Origin: Octopus vulgaris | Lineage: Eukaryota | Direction of reading: 5' to 3' | Length of the DNA stretch: 64,000 nucleotides | NCBI GenBank assembly: GCA_951406725.2 | Contig: OX597828.1 | Coordinates: 6,448,001 to 6,512,000 of the forward strand | The notes under the pieces: generated by a model | The model's database searches: none | The model's input: the letters and a program-made list of their open reading frames with translations, nothing else | What the model was told of the DNA's origin: nothing | Translations under genes and position numbers: made by a program | Part shown: positions 41,346 to 56,610 of the stretch, piece after piece | Layout: every line of letters starts with the position of its first letter | How positions within the stretch are numbered: the first letter of the stretch is position 1

Positions 41346-41983
41346 CATTTCCCTTGTCCCGTACTTCTGTTAACCTAGGTCACATAATAAAATTTTATGT
41401 AAGAATGCAAGTTGTAAATGTTTCAACATCCGCACACCTTTTTTCCCGACGGTTGACAGTACATTTGCACGAAGACTTGCAGTACACTATAATACAATAC
41501 ACGAAACAAAAACAGTTACAAAACGCAATGGAAGAACGTTAGCTTGACAGCAGTTATATGGTGATATCTATATCATACATCATTCGGTGAGAAATAAAAG
41601 GTGAAGCCATAAAAACTAAATACAAACCAATATTCAACTCACAACTATATCACAAGTGAACCAGCGTTAAGTGTTCTATAATTTTATATATGAACTCAGC
41701 AATCTTATCAGTTAACTGTATTCTTGTAATTTTTGTGATCTAGAAAAGCGTGCAGACAAAACGTCAGTATTACCATTCATAGCATTCTGATAACTGGGCA
41801 AAATATATTTTGAAACGCTAATGAAGTACAGCATTGAGGAATGGTAAACTGGTATAGAAGAAACAAAGGAATCATCATGAAAACAGTTTAATGAGGACGA
41901 TTGGACTCGAGTACAATGCTGTTTTTAAAACAACACACGTTCACATAAGCCTGTGTACACACGCGCTTGCGCTATATATGTAA

Positions 41984-42522
<539 letters not shown>

Positions 42523-42626
42523 GTATATAGATATATGTATGTATGTATATATAAATATACATGTGTGCATGCATGTATATCCATGTGTATACAAACGTGT
42601 GTACATACATGCATATATGTATACAT

Positions 42627-42682
<56 letters not shown>

Positions 42683-43286
42683 TTATATATATATGCATAT
42701 ATATACTTACATATTAATGCCTAGATACATACTTATTTTGTACGCGTGCAGTGTATGCACGTAAGTTCAGTGTATAAGGTTCATGAATAACAGAACGAAG
42801 AAAAATGCGTGTTACAATGTGAGCCAACAGAAGAATACGGAAATTCCTGCTCGGAACCGCTGGAAGGAGCGAAACTGTCGGAAGTTGCCGAAATTGTAGT
42901 GATCTTCAGTCGACAGCTGCTGAAGAGAATGTCCCGCAGTGCCAATTGTATGCAAATGAATAATAAATAGAGAAAGACACATAGAATGTAAAAGACAATT
43001 TATTTATCATATCTCTGCATCTTTTTCTTAACTTGCTGTTGCTCCTTAGGTCTCCCTCTCCCTTCCACTCTCTCCCTCCTCCTACTGTCTCACTCACTCA
43101 CTCACCGCTTTCTCATTAAATCTGCATCTGGTTCATTCGCCATGCTATTTTCCTCGTTTTCTTTCTCTTCCCTTCCACCCGCTAGCTTTTCCTACTACCT
43201 CACTTGCATTCTCTTCTTTACTTTCCAGTGTCGATGCATGTATGTATGTATGTGTGTACATAAATACAAGCATATATAATATATAT

Positions 43287-43355
<69 letters not shown>

Positions 43356-43359
43356 CGTA

Positions 43360-43426
<67 letters not shown>

Positions 43427-43809
43427 ATATATATATGTATGCACACATGCAAGCCATACGTAAATATATACATATATGTATGTGCCGATGTATGTTTGTG
43501 CTTATGTATATCAATAAGCATTCGTAGTATAAGATGTAGACTCAGTTTTTTATTCCTTCTTTCGCATTATTTCCGTCTTAGTCTTTCTGTCAATTTCGTT
43601 TCTTTTTACATATCATCCAATCCATCTTCCTCAGTCTGACGTAATCTTTAACCATCCATTCACATACAAAGAAAGACACAAACACACTTACACACATACA
43701 TGCACACACACTTTATTTTTCTTGCTTTCAACTATTGTCACTTTCTGTCTTTTTCTTTGTCTTCTCCTCTCTCAATCTCTCTTTATTTATCTCTATCTAT
43801 CTCTCTTTC

Positions 43810-43891
<82 letters not shown>

Positions 43892-44517
43892 CAGACAGAC
43901 AGACAGAGTTAGACAGATGGATAGATAGATAGATTTATGTATATGTGTGAGTATATTATATATATGTGTGTGTTTGTGTGTCTATCTATTTATCTATGCA
44001 TCTATCTATCTACCTATCTATCTATCTATCGCTCTTTCCTCTGATATTAACTCACGCAACTTCAACCTCATTCTCTCTACATCTTCCTTACACTATCTCT
44101 CCCTATATTTCTTACTCGCCTTCAGTCACATCTTTCTTATCAAGTATATCTTTCTCTCTATTTCTGTTTCCCTTCATCTCCTTTTCTATTTTTCACCAGC
44201 TTCCCCTCGAGTGAGTTAAGTCCTTCTCTCACACACGCCTTCAGCCTTATTCACACTCTCTGGCACCCTATGTCTCATCTTATCTAAACCCCTGCCACTC
44301 TTTCCATCTTTCTCTCTCCTCTCTATATTTGCCTCTCGATCACGCATACATTCAGTTTTCTTTCTTTCCTAGAACCTCGTGCATCTGGAACTCTCTCTCT
44401 CTCTCTCTCTCTCTGTTTGTACATGTCTTTCTTTCTCCGATATTTCTCATATTTTCCCACTATCTTTAACTCCTACTAATTCATTCTCTCTCTTTGTCTG
44501 TTTCCTCCTCTCCCTTG

Positions 44518-44610
44518 TTCTTCTTCTTCTTCTTCTTCTTCTTCTTCTTCTTCTTCTTCTTCTTCTTCTTCTTCTTCTTCTTCTTCTTCTTCTGCTACTT
44601 CTTCTTCTTT
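44518..44610. repeat. (CTT)n microsatellite in a long pyrimidine-rich region
   Basis: Read directly from sequence. Confidence 0.95.
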
Positions 44611-45954
44611 ATTCCATGTATCTCAACATCAGCAAATCAACAGCAACTACGAAACAGCAAAAATAAATGATATAAAAACCAACAGCAAACAACATGAGAA
44701 AAGTCAACGACAACGACGTGATAGGGTTAAAGATCGAGGTCAGTATGGAACCTGGAATCCTGCTGACTACAGCGAGGTCAAGTAGATGATAAAACAATGT
44801 CAGTATCATCGAATTTGCCATCCAAATCGATTATTTGCCTTCTCTACTCTCAGACAATTTGCTTTCTCTTACATCTTCCAGCTTCCTTTCTCTTTCCCTT
44901 ATTTCTTTCCATTTTTTTTCTTTTCGAAGCCTCGTCCTCTCTCTCTCTCTCACTCTCTCTTTTCCATGCTCTCTCTCCCTCTCTCTCTCTTGCTCTCTGC
45001 TCTCCTTTCTCTCTTTCCCTCTTTCCTTTCTTTTCTCAACCATTCTTTCTTACATCCTGTGTTATTACTTTCTTTTATCTTCCTCAGTTCTTTCTGCCTG
45101 TCCTCCTTTCTTGCTTGCTTGCTTTAACTCCTTCTCCCCTGCTTTCTCGCTTTCTTCCTTTCTCGGTCGCGTGTCTTCTATCTTTATTCCTCCCTTCCTT
45201 CCTTTCTTTCCCCCTTTCTTGTTTGCTTGCATTCTTATTTCGTTATCAACCCTACACTCTCTTCAATTGTCCCTTCCTCTCTCTTGCTAACTAATTCCCT
45301 TGGTGTCCCTCTTTTAACCTCTCTCTTACACACTCTCTCTCTCTCTCTCTTTCCCTCCAACTCTGTGCCTATACTTTCTCACTTTCTTCTCTATTTCTCT
45401 TTATTTTACCCTCCTCATATTACCCAGCTTCTTTGGATAGATCTGAAGTAAAAAGCAGTGTAAATAGCTTCCCAAAGAACTTCTCTCCAGTGCAGTAATG
45501 TCGATGTTGTTATCATTCTCAGAAGCTGATTTAAAAACTCTAATTAAATGTGCGCAGTGTAGAAATTTCAGAGATTCGGTTTTCTGAGTAAAAAGTCCTG
45601 AAAACAATGGCAAGCGCCGGTACTTAAGAATGAATGCTTAACGTTACGAGGAGAAACTTGTGGGCCAGAAGAACTACAGTAAATGCGACAGAGAATTGAC
45701 AGCTCTGAGAAGCGGCAGCCACTGCAGTAGTGAATGAAAAATAAAAAGGTGGAAAAAAAAATTCAAATGGGACACACGTTGGAGTGTGTTTGGTTTGCGT
45801 TTGAATGCCAAGCAGTCGGTTCGAGTTTTTAAAGATAGATTTTCTAAAAGTTCGAGTTTATAAGCTGTTTGATCACTATTCCGTTGTGAGTTCTTACTGG
45901 AGCCTGAATGAAAATATACGATAGATAGATAGTTAGTTAGTTAGATAGATAGAT

Positions 45955-46368
45955 AAGTTTCTTTATTGGCCACACAGGGCTGCACACAGATGGGACAAGT
46001 TACAAGGTAGAGCTTTTCTTTTGGGGGATGAAGAGAACAAAAAACAAAAGAAAAAAAGGGGTGGCGTAGGTTTTCGATCAAGAGGGATCGTAAAAGGGAA
46101 GAAAAGAACAAAAAAAAATTGAATAAAATAAAAAGAATAAAAAGAAAAAAAAAGAAAAAGAAAAGGAACAAAAGGAAAGAGAAATGAAAAAAGAAGAAAA
46201 AGGGGAAAAAAAGGGGAAGAGGAAAAAAAAGAACGATCAATAGGGATCGTGTATCACAGTGTTATGATATATGGTGTAAAGGGGAAAGCAAGTAAGGTTT
46301 ATCCGTGGGAAGAAAAGCCTACGAAAAAGACCACGGTAACCTTGGTCAATATTGTTATATGTTACCAC
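45955..46368 (-). mobile_element. Probable 3' UTR fragment of a non-LTR retrotransposon inserted in (GATA)n
   Basis: Minus strand ends GCCAATAAAGAAAC then (TATC)n, with a T-rich internal tract; (GATA)n on both sides; no ORF, so family unassigned. Confidence 0.5.
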
Positions 46369-46404
<36 letters not shown>

Positions 46405-46588
46405 GGATCGATATGTCAACGGATGGATGGATGGATGGATGGATGGATGGATGGATGGATGGATGGATGGATGGATGGCTAGATGGGTAGAAAGAGAGAG
46501 AGAGAAATATATATATATATGTATATAATTAGGTAGATAGAGAGAGAGAGAGAGAGAGAGAAAGAGTTAGATAGACAGACAGAGAGAC

Positions 46589-47155
<567 letters not shown>

Positions 47156-47508
47156 TTAAAAATGCATACACACACACATGCGCGCGCATTATTTCTGGAT
47201 AAGATTTTGTTTGTGTATGTTTCTCTTACTCATTCTTCCTTTTATTTCAACACAGACACGCCCACTTTTTTCTCTTTACCTCTCTTTCTCTTCATCCGTT
47301 TTTTCTTTTATCGTATTTGTCTTCATTGCATAAATTCTCACAACCACTTTTTCTCTCATTATGTCTTTCCGTATCGGTCTCTTTCCCTTTCTCTCTCCAC
47401 ATAGTGCGTGTCTCTTTCTTTCACTCTCTTTCTCTCTCTCTCTTTCTGTCTCTCTCTCTTTCTGTCTGTCTGTCTGTCTCTCTCTCTTCTTCTCTCTCTC
47501 TCTCTTCT

Positions 47509-47560
<52 letters not shown>

Positions 47561-47611
47561 GATACACATTTTTTCTTGTTTTCTTGTCTTCTTTTACGTT
47601 CATAGGTTTTA

Positions 47612-47638
47612 TTCTTCTTCTTCTTCTTCTTCTTCTTC

Positions 47639-47681
<43 letters not shown>

Positions 47682-47737
47682 CATTATTATTGTCATTATT
47701 ATTATTATCATTATTATTATTATTATCATTATTATTA

Positions 47738-47795
<58 letters not shown>

Positions 47796-47865
47796 CATCA
47801 TCATCATTATTATTATTATTATCATTATTATTATTATTATTATTATTATCATTATTATTATTATA
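47612..47865. repeat. (CTT)n + (ATT/ATC)n compound microsatellite
   Basis: Read directly from sequence. Confidence 0.95.
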
Positions 47866-47946
47866 CCTCTCTACATACATTCCTCTCACTAACACACAGT
47901 TTTATTTCTTATTACTTTCTCATTCTCCCTGTCTCTCTCTCCCCCC

Positions 47947-47977
<31 letters not shown>

Positions 47978-48379
47978 TTCTCTCATTTCTTTTTTTCTAT
48001 CTTTTCTATTTTTTCTTGTTTGTCCTTTCAAATTATTTAAAGCTTAGAAACACTGACAATATGTCTGTGGTGTTTGCCCCATTGCTCACAGACTAAAACC
48101 AGAATACGTTCTTGTTTCGCTTCACTAACTCAAGAGAAAAGACAAAAACCTAACAGTCTCCACTATTGAACACCTCTCAATCATTAATTAACACTATTTA
48201 TTGGTGATGAATATTTCAGACGACTGACATCTCTCACTCATAATATCTCATTCTTAATTCTGTCATTGAAATAAAGGTCTATTTTTATGTTTTCAATATA
48301 TATCTTTAGTTAAAGCGTACCTCCAGAGTAGTACTATTACTTATAAAATTTAAAGTCTCATTACTCAACGATTATCATC

Positions 48380-48825
48380 ATTATTGAGTGAGAGAAAAGC
48401 GCATGCCATCAAAGTGACACTGGGTGGGGTACAAATAAACTATGCCTGATATAAGCATCATGACTACACGTTTGATAAGAGTACACCAGGCACATGCATC
48501 ACAATCATGTGTGCGCAACATGGTGACCTCATCTCAAGATAAACAGCGCATGACCTTGCAAATGGGGCCCAGTTAGAATTTTCTTCACGTCGAGTAGCTC
48601 ATCCCATTCAAGAGGTCCCTGAATAAGGTTACTTTTAAAGATGATGAACAAAACACTCATGTTTCCAGAGGTGAATTATTCAGACCCCAAAGAATTCCTC
48701 TCAACACATGGCTATGATGTTCCCCACTACATCTGCTCGTGATCATATTCTCAGCCACTAAGGGACAGGCTCAACTGGTTATGGTCAAACAACTGACAAG
48801 CATATCTGTGGTATTGAGCAGAAAT
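48380..48825 (-). mobile_element. Unclassified interspersed repeat with (AAT)-like tail
   Basis: 3' end shared with 14168-14278. Confidence 0.6.
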
Positions 48826-48845
48826 TTTTATTATTATTACTTCTG

Positions 48846-49430
48846 AGCCGGCGAACTGGCAGTATCGTTAGCACGCTGAGCAAAATCCTTAGCGGCATTT
48901 CGTCTGCCGCTACGTTCTGCGTTCAAATTCCGCCAAGGTCGACTTTGGCTTTCATCCTTTCGGGGTCGATTAAATAAGTACCAGTTACGCACTGGTGTCG
49001 ATATAATCGATTTAATCCGTTTATCTGTCCTTGTTTGTCCTCTCTGTGTTTAGCCCCTTGTGGGTAGTAAAGAAATAGAAATGGTATTTCGTCTGCCGCT
49101 ACATTCTGCGTTCAAAATTCGCCGATTTCGACATTACATTTCATCTTTTCGGATTGGATTAAATAAGTACGAGTTACGCACTGCGGTCGATGTAATCGAT
49201 TTAATCCCCTCCCCTAAGCTGCCCTTGTGCAAAAACATTGAAATCATTTTTTGTTAAGGGAGCGAGCCGGCAGAGATTTTAGGGCGCTGGACGAAATGCT
49301 TGGTGGTCTTTCGCCCGTCGATACGTTCTGATTTCGAATTCCGCCGATGTCAACTTTACTTTTCATCCTTTCGAGTACTGTGGTTATTGTAATCGACAAA
49401 CCCCTTCCCCACAAATTTCATACCTTGTGA
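48846..49430 (+). mobile_element. SINE family B tandem cluster (full + headless + full)
   Basis: Head GGCGAACTGGCAG..GTTAGCACG and B-box-like GCGTTCAAATTCC; body restarts at about 49083; new head at about 49258. Confidence 0.85.
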
Positions 49431-49444
49431 CTATTGCAGAAACG

Positions 49445-49580
<136 letters not shown>

Positions 49581-49660
49581 GCAGCAGTAGCTGTAAGTCG
49601 TTGAGCTGGCAGATCTAGAACCCTTGGTTCGATAAAATAATTACTAGTTAAGTAAGTACT

Positions 49661-51335
49661 TAGTTAGTTAGTTAGTTAGTTAATTTGGCTCAAAAGCAAA
49701 TAGCAAGGCCATGTAGGGGGACATGGAGTTAAGTACAGGGTGGTGTTCATGTAAAGAGTTCAGGCCACTTGAGGTCCAGGGAGGCTTTGAACAAAGCGGT
49801 CGTCGGCATCTTCACCATCTCGTCTGGCAGCTTGTTCCACGGATCCGCAACCCGGACGGAGAAAGCTCCTCTCCTTCGATTTAGATGAAATCGTCGCAGG
49901 TAGAGCTTTTCGGAATGACCCCGCAGCCGACGCTCTGGAGCAGGAGTGAAGAACAGCTCCTTCGAGAGGTTACACTTCCCTCTTATGATGTTGTGGGCGA
50001 GAATGAGATCACCACGGCTGCGGCGTTTTTCAAGAGAATAAAGGTCGAGCGTCCTCAGCCTTTCTTCGTAGGACAAATTTTTGAGACCATGAACCATGCG
50101 GGTAGTCAGCCTCTGGACTCTTTCGAGATGCTGTATGTCTTTGAGGAGATAAGGAGAAGAGGCTTGAATCCCATACAATCCCATACTTGAATCCCACCAG
50201 CGTGACATAGAGTGGTAGGAATATGGCTGCTGTGAGCATTCCGAATGACCGTCGAATCAAAAACAGAATTCCGCGTGCTTTGTTGGCAGCATGGACGCAC
50301 TGGGCCGAAGGCGAATAGGAGGAATCCACCAAGATACCCAGGTCCTTTACCTGATCGGTCCTCTCCAGCAGCAGACGACCCGGCTCGAAATCAAGTTGAG
50401 TTGCAGGAGTAGAGCCGACAGGCAGATGACAGCACTTTGACACGTTCAGACACAGGTCCCAATCGTTAGACCACTTCCAAATTTGGTGGAGGCATCGACG
50501 AAGATCCTCTATACTACCGCGAGGAGCGACCAGTTTGATATCGTCGGCAAATAGAAGGGTGTGTTGCGTGAGGTCGTCAGGCAAGTCATTTATGAAGACT
50601 AAGAACAACAAGGGCCCAAGCACTGAACCTTGAGGCACGCCACTGCTCGCACTGGAGACGTCGGACCGCGAGCCATTAACTTGGACTTGGAAGGAGCGAT
50701 CTGAGAGGAAGGCACCAACCCATCGTACAATATCCGGATGGAAACTATATGCTTGAAGCTTGACAAGTAGTAGGCGGTGGTTTACCGAGTCAAAAGCTTT
50801 GGCAAAGTCCAATAAAACGATGTCAACAGCATCACTATCATCGAGGATGCGCGTCACCAATCCTTCCATTACTAGTAAGTTGGTCAAGCATGATCGCTTC
50901 GGCACGAAGCCGTGTTGGGAATCAGTGATCGAGGCTGTGTTTAGGAGGTGGAGCATCATACTTTTCTTAAGGATGGTTTCGAACATCTTGCTGATTATTG
51001 ATGTAAGGGAAACCGGTCGGTAGTTAAGCGGGTCTTCGCGGCTCCCTTTCTTGAAAATTGGGCAGATTATCGCTGTTCTCCAGTCTGCAGGTACAACACT
51101 CGTCGCCAATGACATATTGAATAGTCGTGTTAAGGGCTCGCAGATGACTGGAGCCAACGCTTTGATAACCCGTGGGTGTATGCCGTCAGGGCCGTGACCC
51201 TTGTTGACATCGAGGCCTTGAATAACACGTTTGACTTCGTCCCGCGTGATGACCAATCGAAGCATTGGAGGTACCGATCTATCAAATGGAGGGGGTTCAC
51301 GACCATCATCTTGTTTGAAAATAGTTGAAAAAGCA
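49661..51335 (-). mobile_element. Young 5'-truncated CR1-clade LINE with (TAAC)n tail
   Basis: RT ORF 50030-51265 plus C-terminal ORF 49747-50208, short 3' UTR, (TAAC)n tail at 49661-49682. Confidence 0.95.
49747..51265 (-). pseudogene. CR1 ORF2 reverse transcriptase (truncated, one frameshift near 50180)
   Basis: GPDGI, NYRPVSLTS, QHGF, DFAKAFDSV, GVPQGSVLGPLLF, FADD and KDLGI, then LERVQR..YEERL..LYSLEKRR.RGDLI..WNKLP. Confidence 0.95.
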
Positions 51336-51524
51336 ATGCAATCAACTAATCTCTTCCTCTAAACATATCGAGGGATATACTACTTAGTGGTGCTGATACG
51401 TTACTGAAGGCAACTCTAAAAAAAGACATTTTTAATGTCATACGATTTTTAGCAGTCACAACTCATCCGAACGCTGGAGTATTTGCATTTTAATACGTGA
51501 CTTGTCACTTTGTCATATGTAGAC

Positions 51525-51586
<62 letters not shown>

Positions 51587-51644
51587 GCATGATTGTAATC
51601 AGAAATATGCATTTACAATGTGCGTATACATATATACATACATA

Positions 51645-51703
<59 letters not shown>

Positions 51704-51748
51704 GATAGATAGATAGATGGATAGATATATAGATAGATACATAGATAC

Positions 51749-51831
<83 letters not shown>

Positions 51832-51987
51832 GATAGACAGAGAGAGAGAGAGAGAGAGTTTACAATTAAAAGGAGAAATCCAAGAGAACGATTACATGGT
51901 GCCAGAAAATAATCCCGGGATAGTAAGACTTATTTAATGGAGGATTTCATGATATAAGTGGACTGACATCTCGAGAGTTCGTCTTTT

Positions 51988-52027
<40 letters not shown>

Positions 52028-52111
52028 CAAACACACAGAAATTGATAAAGAGATGGATAGATAGAAAGACAGAAAAACTGACAGTGAGACAAACAAACAG
52101 ACAGACAGACA

Positions 52112-52212
<101 letters not shown>

Positions 52213-52574
52213 GTAGATATATAGATAGATATATAGATAGATAGATAGATTAGATCGATAGACTTATATGAACAATATAAAATGATTCATGTGTATGTAC
52301 ATATTAATGTGTCCCTATTTATACAAAAGAAATAAAGATGTATATATCTGAGATATATGTGTATGTAACTGAGCAGCAATTAATGATTAATTAGACATGT
52401 GTATAAGTGATGTAATGAAAACTACAGAAATAATTCATGAATATCCTGGGAATTTTAAAATAGCTGTTCCTATGCAAGCAAGTTCAAGAGCTACCAAATT
52501 CTATGACTCATTTTGCTTTCAAAATTCAAAAAAAAAAAAATATATACATATTACGAATGCTTTATATATATGTA

Positions 52575-52605
<31 letters not shown>

Positions 52606-52908
52606 ATATATCTATATATATGTATATTCATATATTTATATATACATAAATGTATATTTATATATATGTATGTATGTATATATGTATACACACGTTGTGG
52701 CTATATCTATATCCATATACTTGTATGTATACATGCATACATGTTTATATATATACATATTTATATCTCTGTGTGTGTACGTATGTATGCATAAATATAA
52801 ATGTGCATGTATACGTTGTATATATATATATATATTATCTATATTTGGATGTATAAATACATACACAAACATATGGACAGATAGGTAGGTAGGTAGGTAG
52901 GTAGATAC

Positions 52909-52981
<73 letters not shown>

Positions 52982-53570
52982 AGCATACAGACATAAAGAA
53001 AGGCATAATATAAAAACATATATATAATATATACGTTATACATATGTATTATATATATATACACACATTCATATACTTACACTGTGTGTGTATGTATGTA
53101 TGTGTGTGTGTGTATGTGTGTGTTTGTGCATAGCGTTGAATCAATATCCAAACTCTATTACTTGGCAAGGTTTCTTTGGGAACGTAATTATTATTCTATG
53201 TTAATTATATTATCTAACAGAAATATTTTCTTTTCCTTTTCATGAACATTTAATAAGTTTATTGAGATATTCGAAGAATACCAAATGTGTCTTATAGAAG
53301 ATAGCATTCTGCAATCGACCATCTCTTTGAAATCATCCATGTGCCAATAAGTAACAGATCGATCAGTCGAATCTTGAAATTTCTCTGACTGAAAACAACA
53401 CATATTCACTTTAGTGTCCTTATTTTTTTCGTTCATTTATGCTAGCATCAATTACCATCATTTAATTATATTTCTACGAAATAAATACTTATGAGAATTA
53501 TGTGTAGATTTCATATATATATATATATATTATATGATCGAACGCCACGCATCCTTTTCCAAGTAAGTTT

Positions 53571-53703
<133 letters not shown>

Positions 53704-54095
53704 TATATCTTACTATATATATATTTAGGTGTGTGTGTGTATAAATGAATATATATATATATACACATGTATGCATATGTATATGTATATATGTTGTATA
53801 GTGAAACTGTACACCCTTCCCGGTAAAATAGTAGCCAGTCATTATAAGTACACCCGTAGCCGGTTGACATAGGAAAGTCGAAAGTCAAGAGTACGTGTAA
53901 ACTGTGTTGATAGTTGTGCCTGGACAGATACAATAATTATACTGTGATACTTTGAAGATAATGACACTGTACGATTTGGGTTGTACAGTGCCAGTTAGAG
54001 CCATTCTTTTGACAAATTTGTAATATGTCAGAGAGACAAACGTCGAGAAAAGACTAATTCAACAGTGGCAAAAGACCGCTTTACAACAAGATATA

Positions 54096-54480
54096 TTAGG
54101 TTGGCAACTAAGCACCCACCGTTTTTTAAAATTTTAATTTTTTATAAGGTTTACTAAAAAATAACAACTAATTAATCAATAATGTATTCCCTCTCGTTGT
54201 TTACAACTTCTTCCCAACGTTCAACAAGATTTTCAATACCTCGTTAGTAGAAGTCACCTGATTTCGACTCGAAATATTGATCCAACCAAGCTCTCAATTC
54301 TGCATCAGTACTGAACGAAACTCTGCACATAGCGTTTGAAAGAGATCGAAAGAGGTGGAAATCTGTTGGTGCTAAATCAGGAGAGTACGACGGGTGTGGC
54401 AGCACTTCCCAGCCATGCGTTTGCATGGCTTCCTTGGTCATATTGGGGACATGTTTGAGCATTCGATGCACCAAAACTCA
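54096..54480 (-). mobile_element. mariner (DD34D) transposon 3' fragment with TIR
   Basis: GWEVLPHPSYSPDLAPTDFHLFRSL motif; TA followed by TTAGGTTGGCAACTAAG TIR at 54094-54112. Confidence 0.9.
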
Positions 54481-54509
54481 AGTGCGTGCATCAATTCGCT
54501 CGTAGAATC

Positions 54510-55345
54510 TTTGGGATATCTTACAAATCTTCACTGTACCACTAATGGACTGGACTCGGCAATCCGTGTCGATTTCTTTTGCTCTTCAAATCCTAGTATT
54601 TATAGGTTTTTCTGTAAATTTGCAGATTCACAGCCTAATAGACTTAAGATGATAGTAACAAATAAGAATTCATACAGTGGCTACAAGTAAGTTTCGCATT
54701 AATTCGCTATAAATGTTCTGTTTCACTTGGACTTTTACTGGTACATTCACATTCACTGGGTGGCTGTCCTCAACAACAGTGTATGTCTGTTTTTCCCTCT
54801 CCCACGGAGCAATATCAGGTCTGTTTTTTTTTTTCCTTCTTCACCAAATTGCTGGTTTTACTGGAGTCTTACACCAGCATAACTTATGTATGTCATTATG
54901 TTGGTAGGAGTACTGACACTGCAAACATTGTGGACCACTATTTTATTGAAATCTTCGAGTTATTCTGCTGTAATATTCGTTAGTATCACGTGTTTTGTTA
55001 CAGGTTCCAATTTAAGATATGTTTTCATCAATCCCTAGACACATGTAACATTCATTATCAGGTATAAGGGAAACAGATGAAGATGTTGCTAGTCTGGTTA
55101 ACGGTTTTCCCGCTTTTCACAACTACGTAACAACATTTATCCTGATCAAACTCCAACCCTATATCCTTTGAGAGTGTTGTAACCGGGTCAAGGTTCTTTT
55201 TCATCTCGCGTATATTTTTGCATATAGCGTCAAGTCAGCCAAAATGTAGCAGTGTAGTTTTTGTATTTCTGTTTATTTATCAACCAGTGAGATATTCTTC
55301 ATACTTCCTTAACATGAATGGCAAGGGGTTTACAGAATGTATAAG
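54510..55345 (-). mobile_element. Second, internally deleted R4/Dong-like LINE
   Basis: Minus frames give LYAK..EMKK, NRPDIAPWEREKQTYTVVE..PVNVNV..K (PD..D/E endonuclease) and SISGTVKICK; similar to 23200-23470 and 24420-24520; abuts (TATG)n at 55359. Confidence 0.75.
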
Positions 55346-55485
55346 CAACAACACAGAGATGTATGTATGTATGTATGTATGTATGTATGTATGTATGTAT
55401 GTATGTATGTATGTATGTATGCATGTATGTATGTATGTTTCTAAGTGTATGTATGTAGAGTGTATGTTTATATATACGTGTGTAT

Positions 55486-55549
<64 letters not shown>

Positions 55550-56400
55550 ATGTTTATATATATATGTGTGTATGTTTGTGTATATTTGAATGAGCGTGTG
55601 TGTACTGGTGTTTTCTGTCTATAAGCGTCTTTATATGAAAACCATTTCGAGCATTATAACGGATACAAACATCTATCTGATTTTACTTTTCTGTGTCTTT
55701 CCACACACACACACCATATATAGAAACACACATACATACATTGTATCGTTGAACGACTCATATATACAGTGTATACATTGCGTCGTTGTTGAATTTAGTT
55801 GGGTTGAAGATGACTACATAAGAAAATTATATTGAATCCAACATACAAATTTCAAATTTATAACCTTTTATCTCAGAATCGATACTACGGGCGTTGGTGT
55901 GTTCTTCTGGTGTAAATGGGAGTTAAACTTAGCTGAGCTGTACATGCGATCCACGGAGCTATATTTGCAACACAAGTGCTACCTCACGAAACTCATAAAC
56001 CGTACGAGTCACGTACAGATCGAAGTTCATTATGGTTGAGTTGTTGCAGCATGATAGACAATAACTCATCGAGAACAATGCTTTTCAATAAACATGTGAA
56101 ATTGGTTTAATATACATTTGACTTTCCAAGTATCTGCTAGCCGTCAAAAAGGAACATCCACTGATGACAGCAATCCGATGTCTCTGACATTTAATAAAGA
56201 GATATAGCTCACGGCTTTCATATCTGGAACTTTTCATTTCGACAAAGGCTTTGTTACATATGGAGTATCTTAAGTGCTCTGTATATAACAGTAGTATGTG
56301 TATACACATACACACACATAAACACACATATACATTACGTACAGCCATATACATCTAGCATTGTCTGTCTGGCCTGTCTCTCTCCCTCCATGTATATAGA

Positions 56401-56432
<32 letters not shown>

Positions 56433-56454
56433 AATAGACGTAGATATTTTAACT

Positions 56455-56610
56455 TTTATCGTTTACTTGTTTCAGTCATTGGACTGCGGTCATCCTGGGG
56501 CATAATCTTGGAGACGTTTTTGTTTTGTTTTTAATCTGATGAATCGACTCTAGTACTTATTCGTTGTTAATCCTGGCACTTTTGTCGGTCCTCTTTTCTC
56601 GAACCGCTAC
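56455..56610 (-). mobile_element. SINE family A 3' fragment
   Basis: TTTACTTGTTTCAGTCATTGGACTGCGGTCATCCTGGGGCA is the reverse complement of the family A tail. Confidence 0.7.

Noticed and set aside
53962-54000. CACTGTAC/GTACAGTG hairpin as a Helitron 3' end
   Set aside because: No CTRR terminus at the expected spacing and no other Helitron evidence
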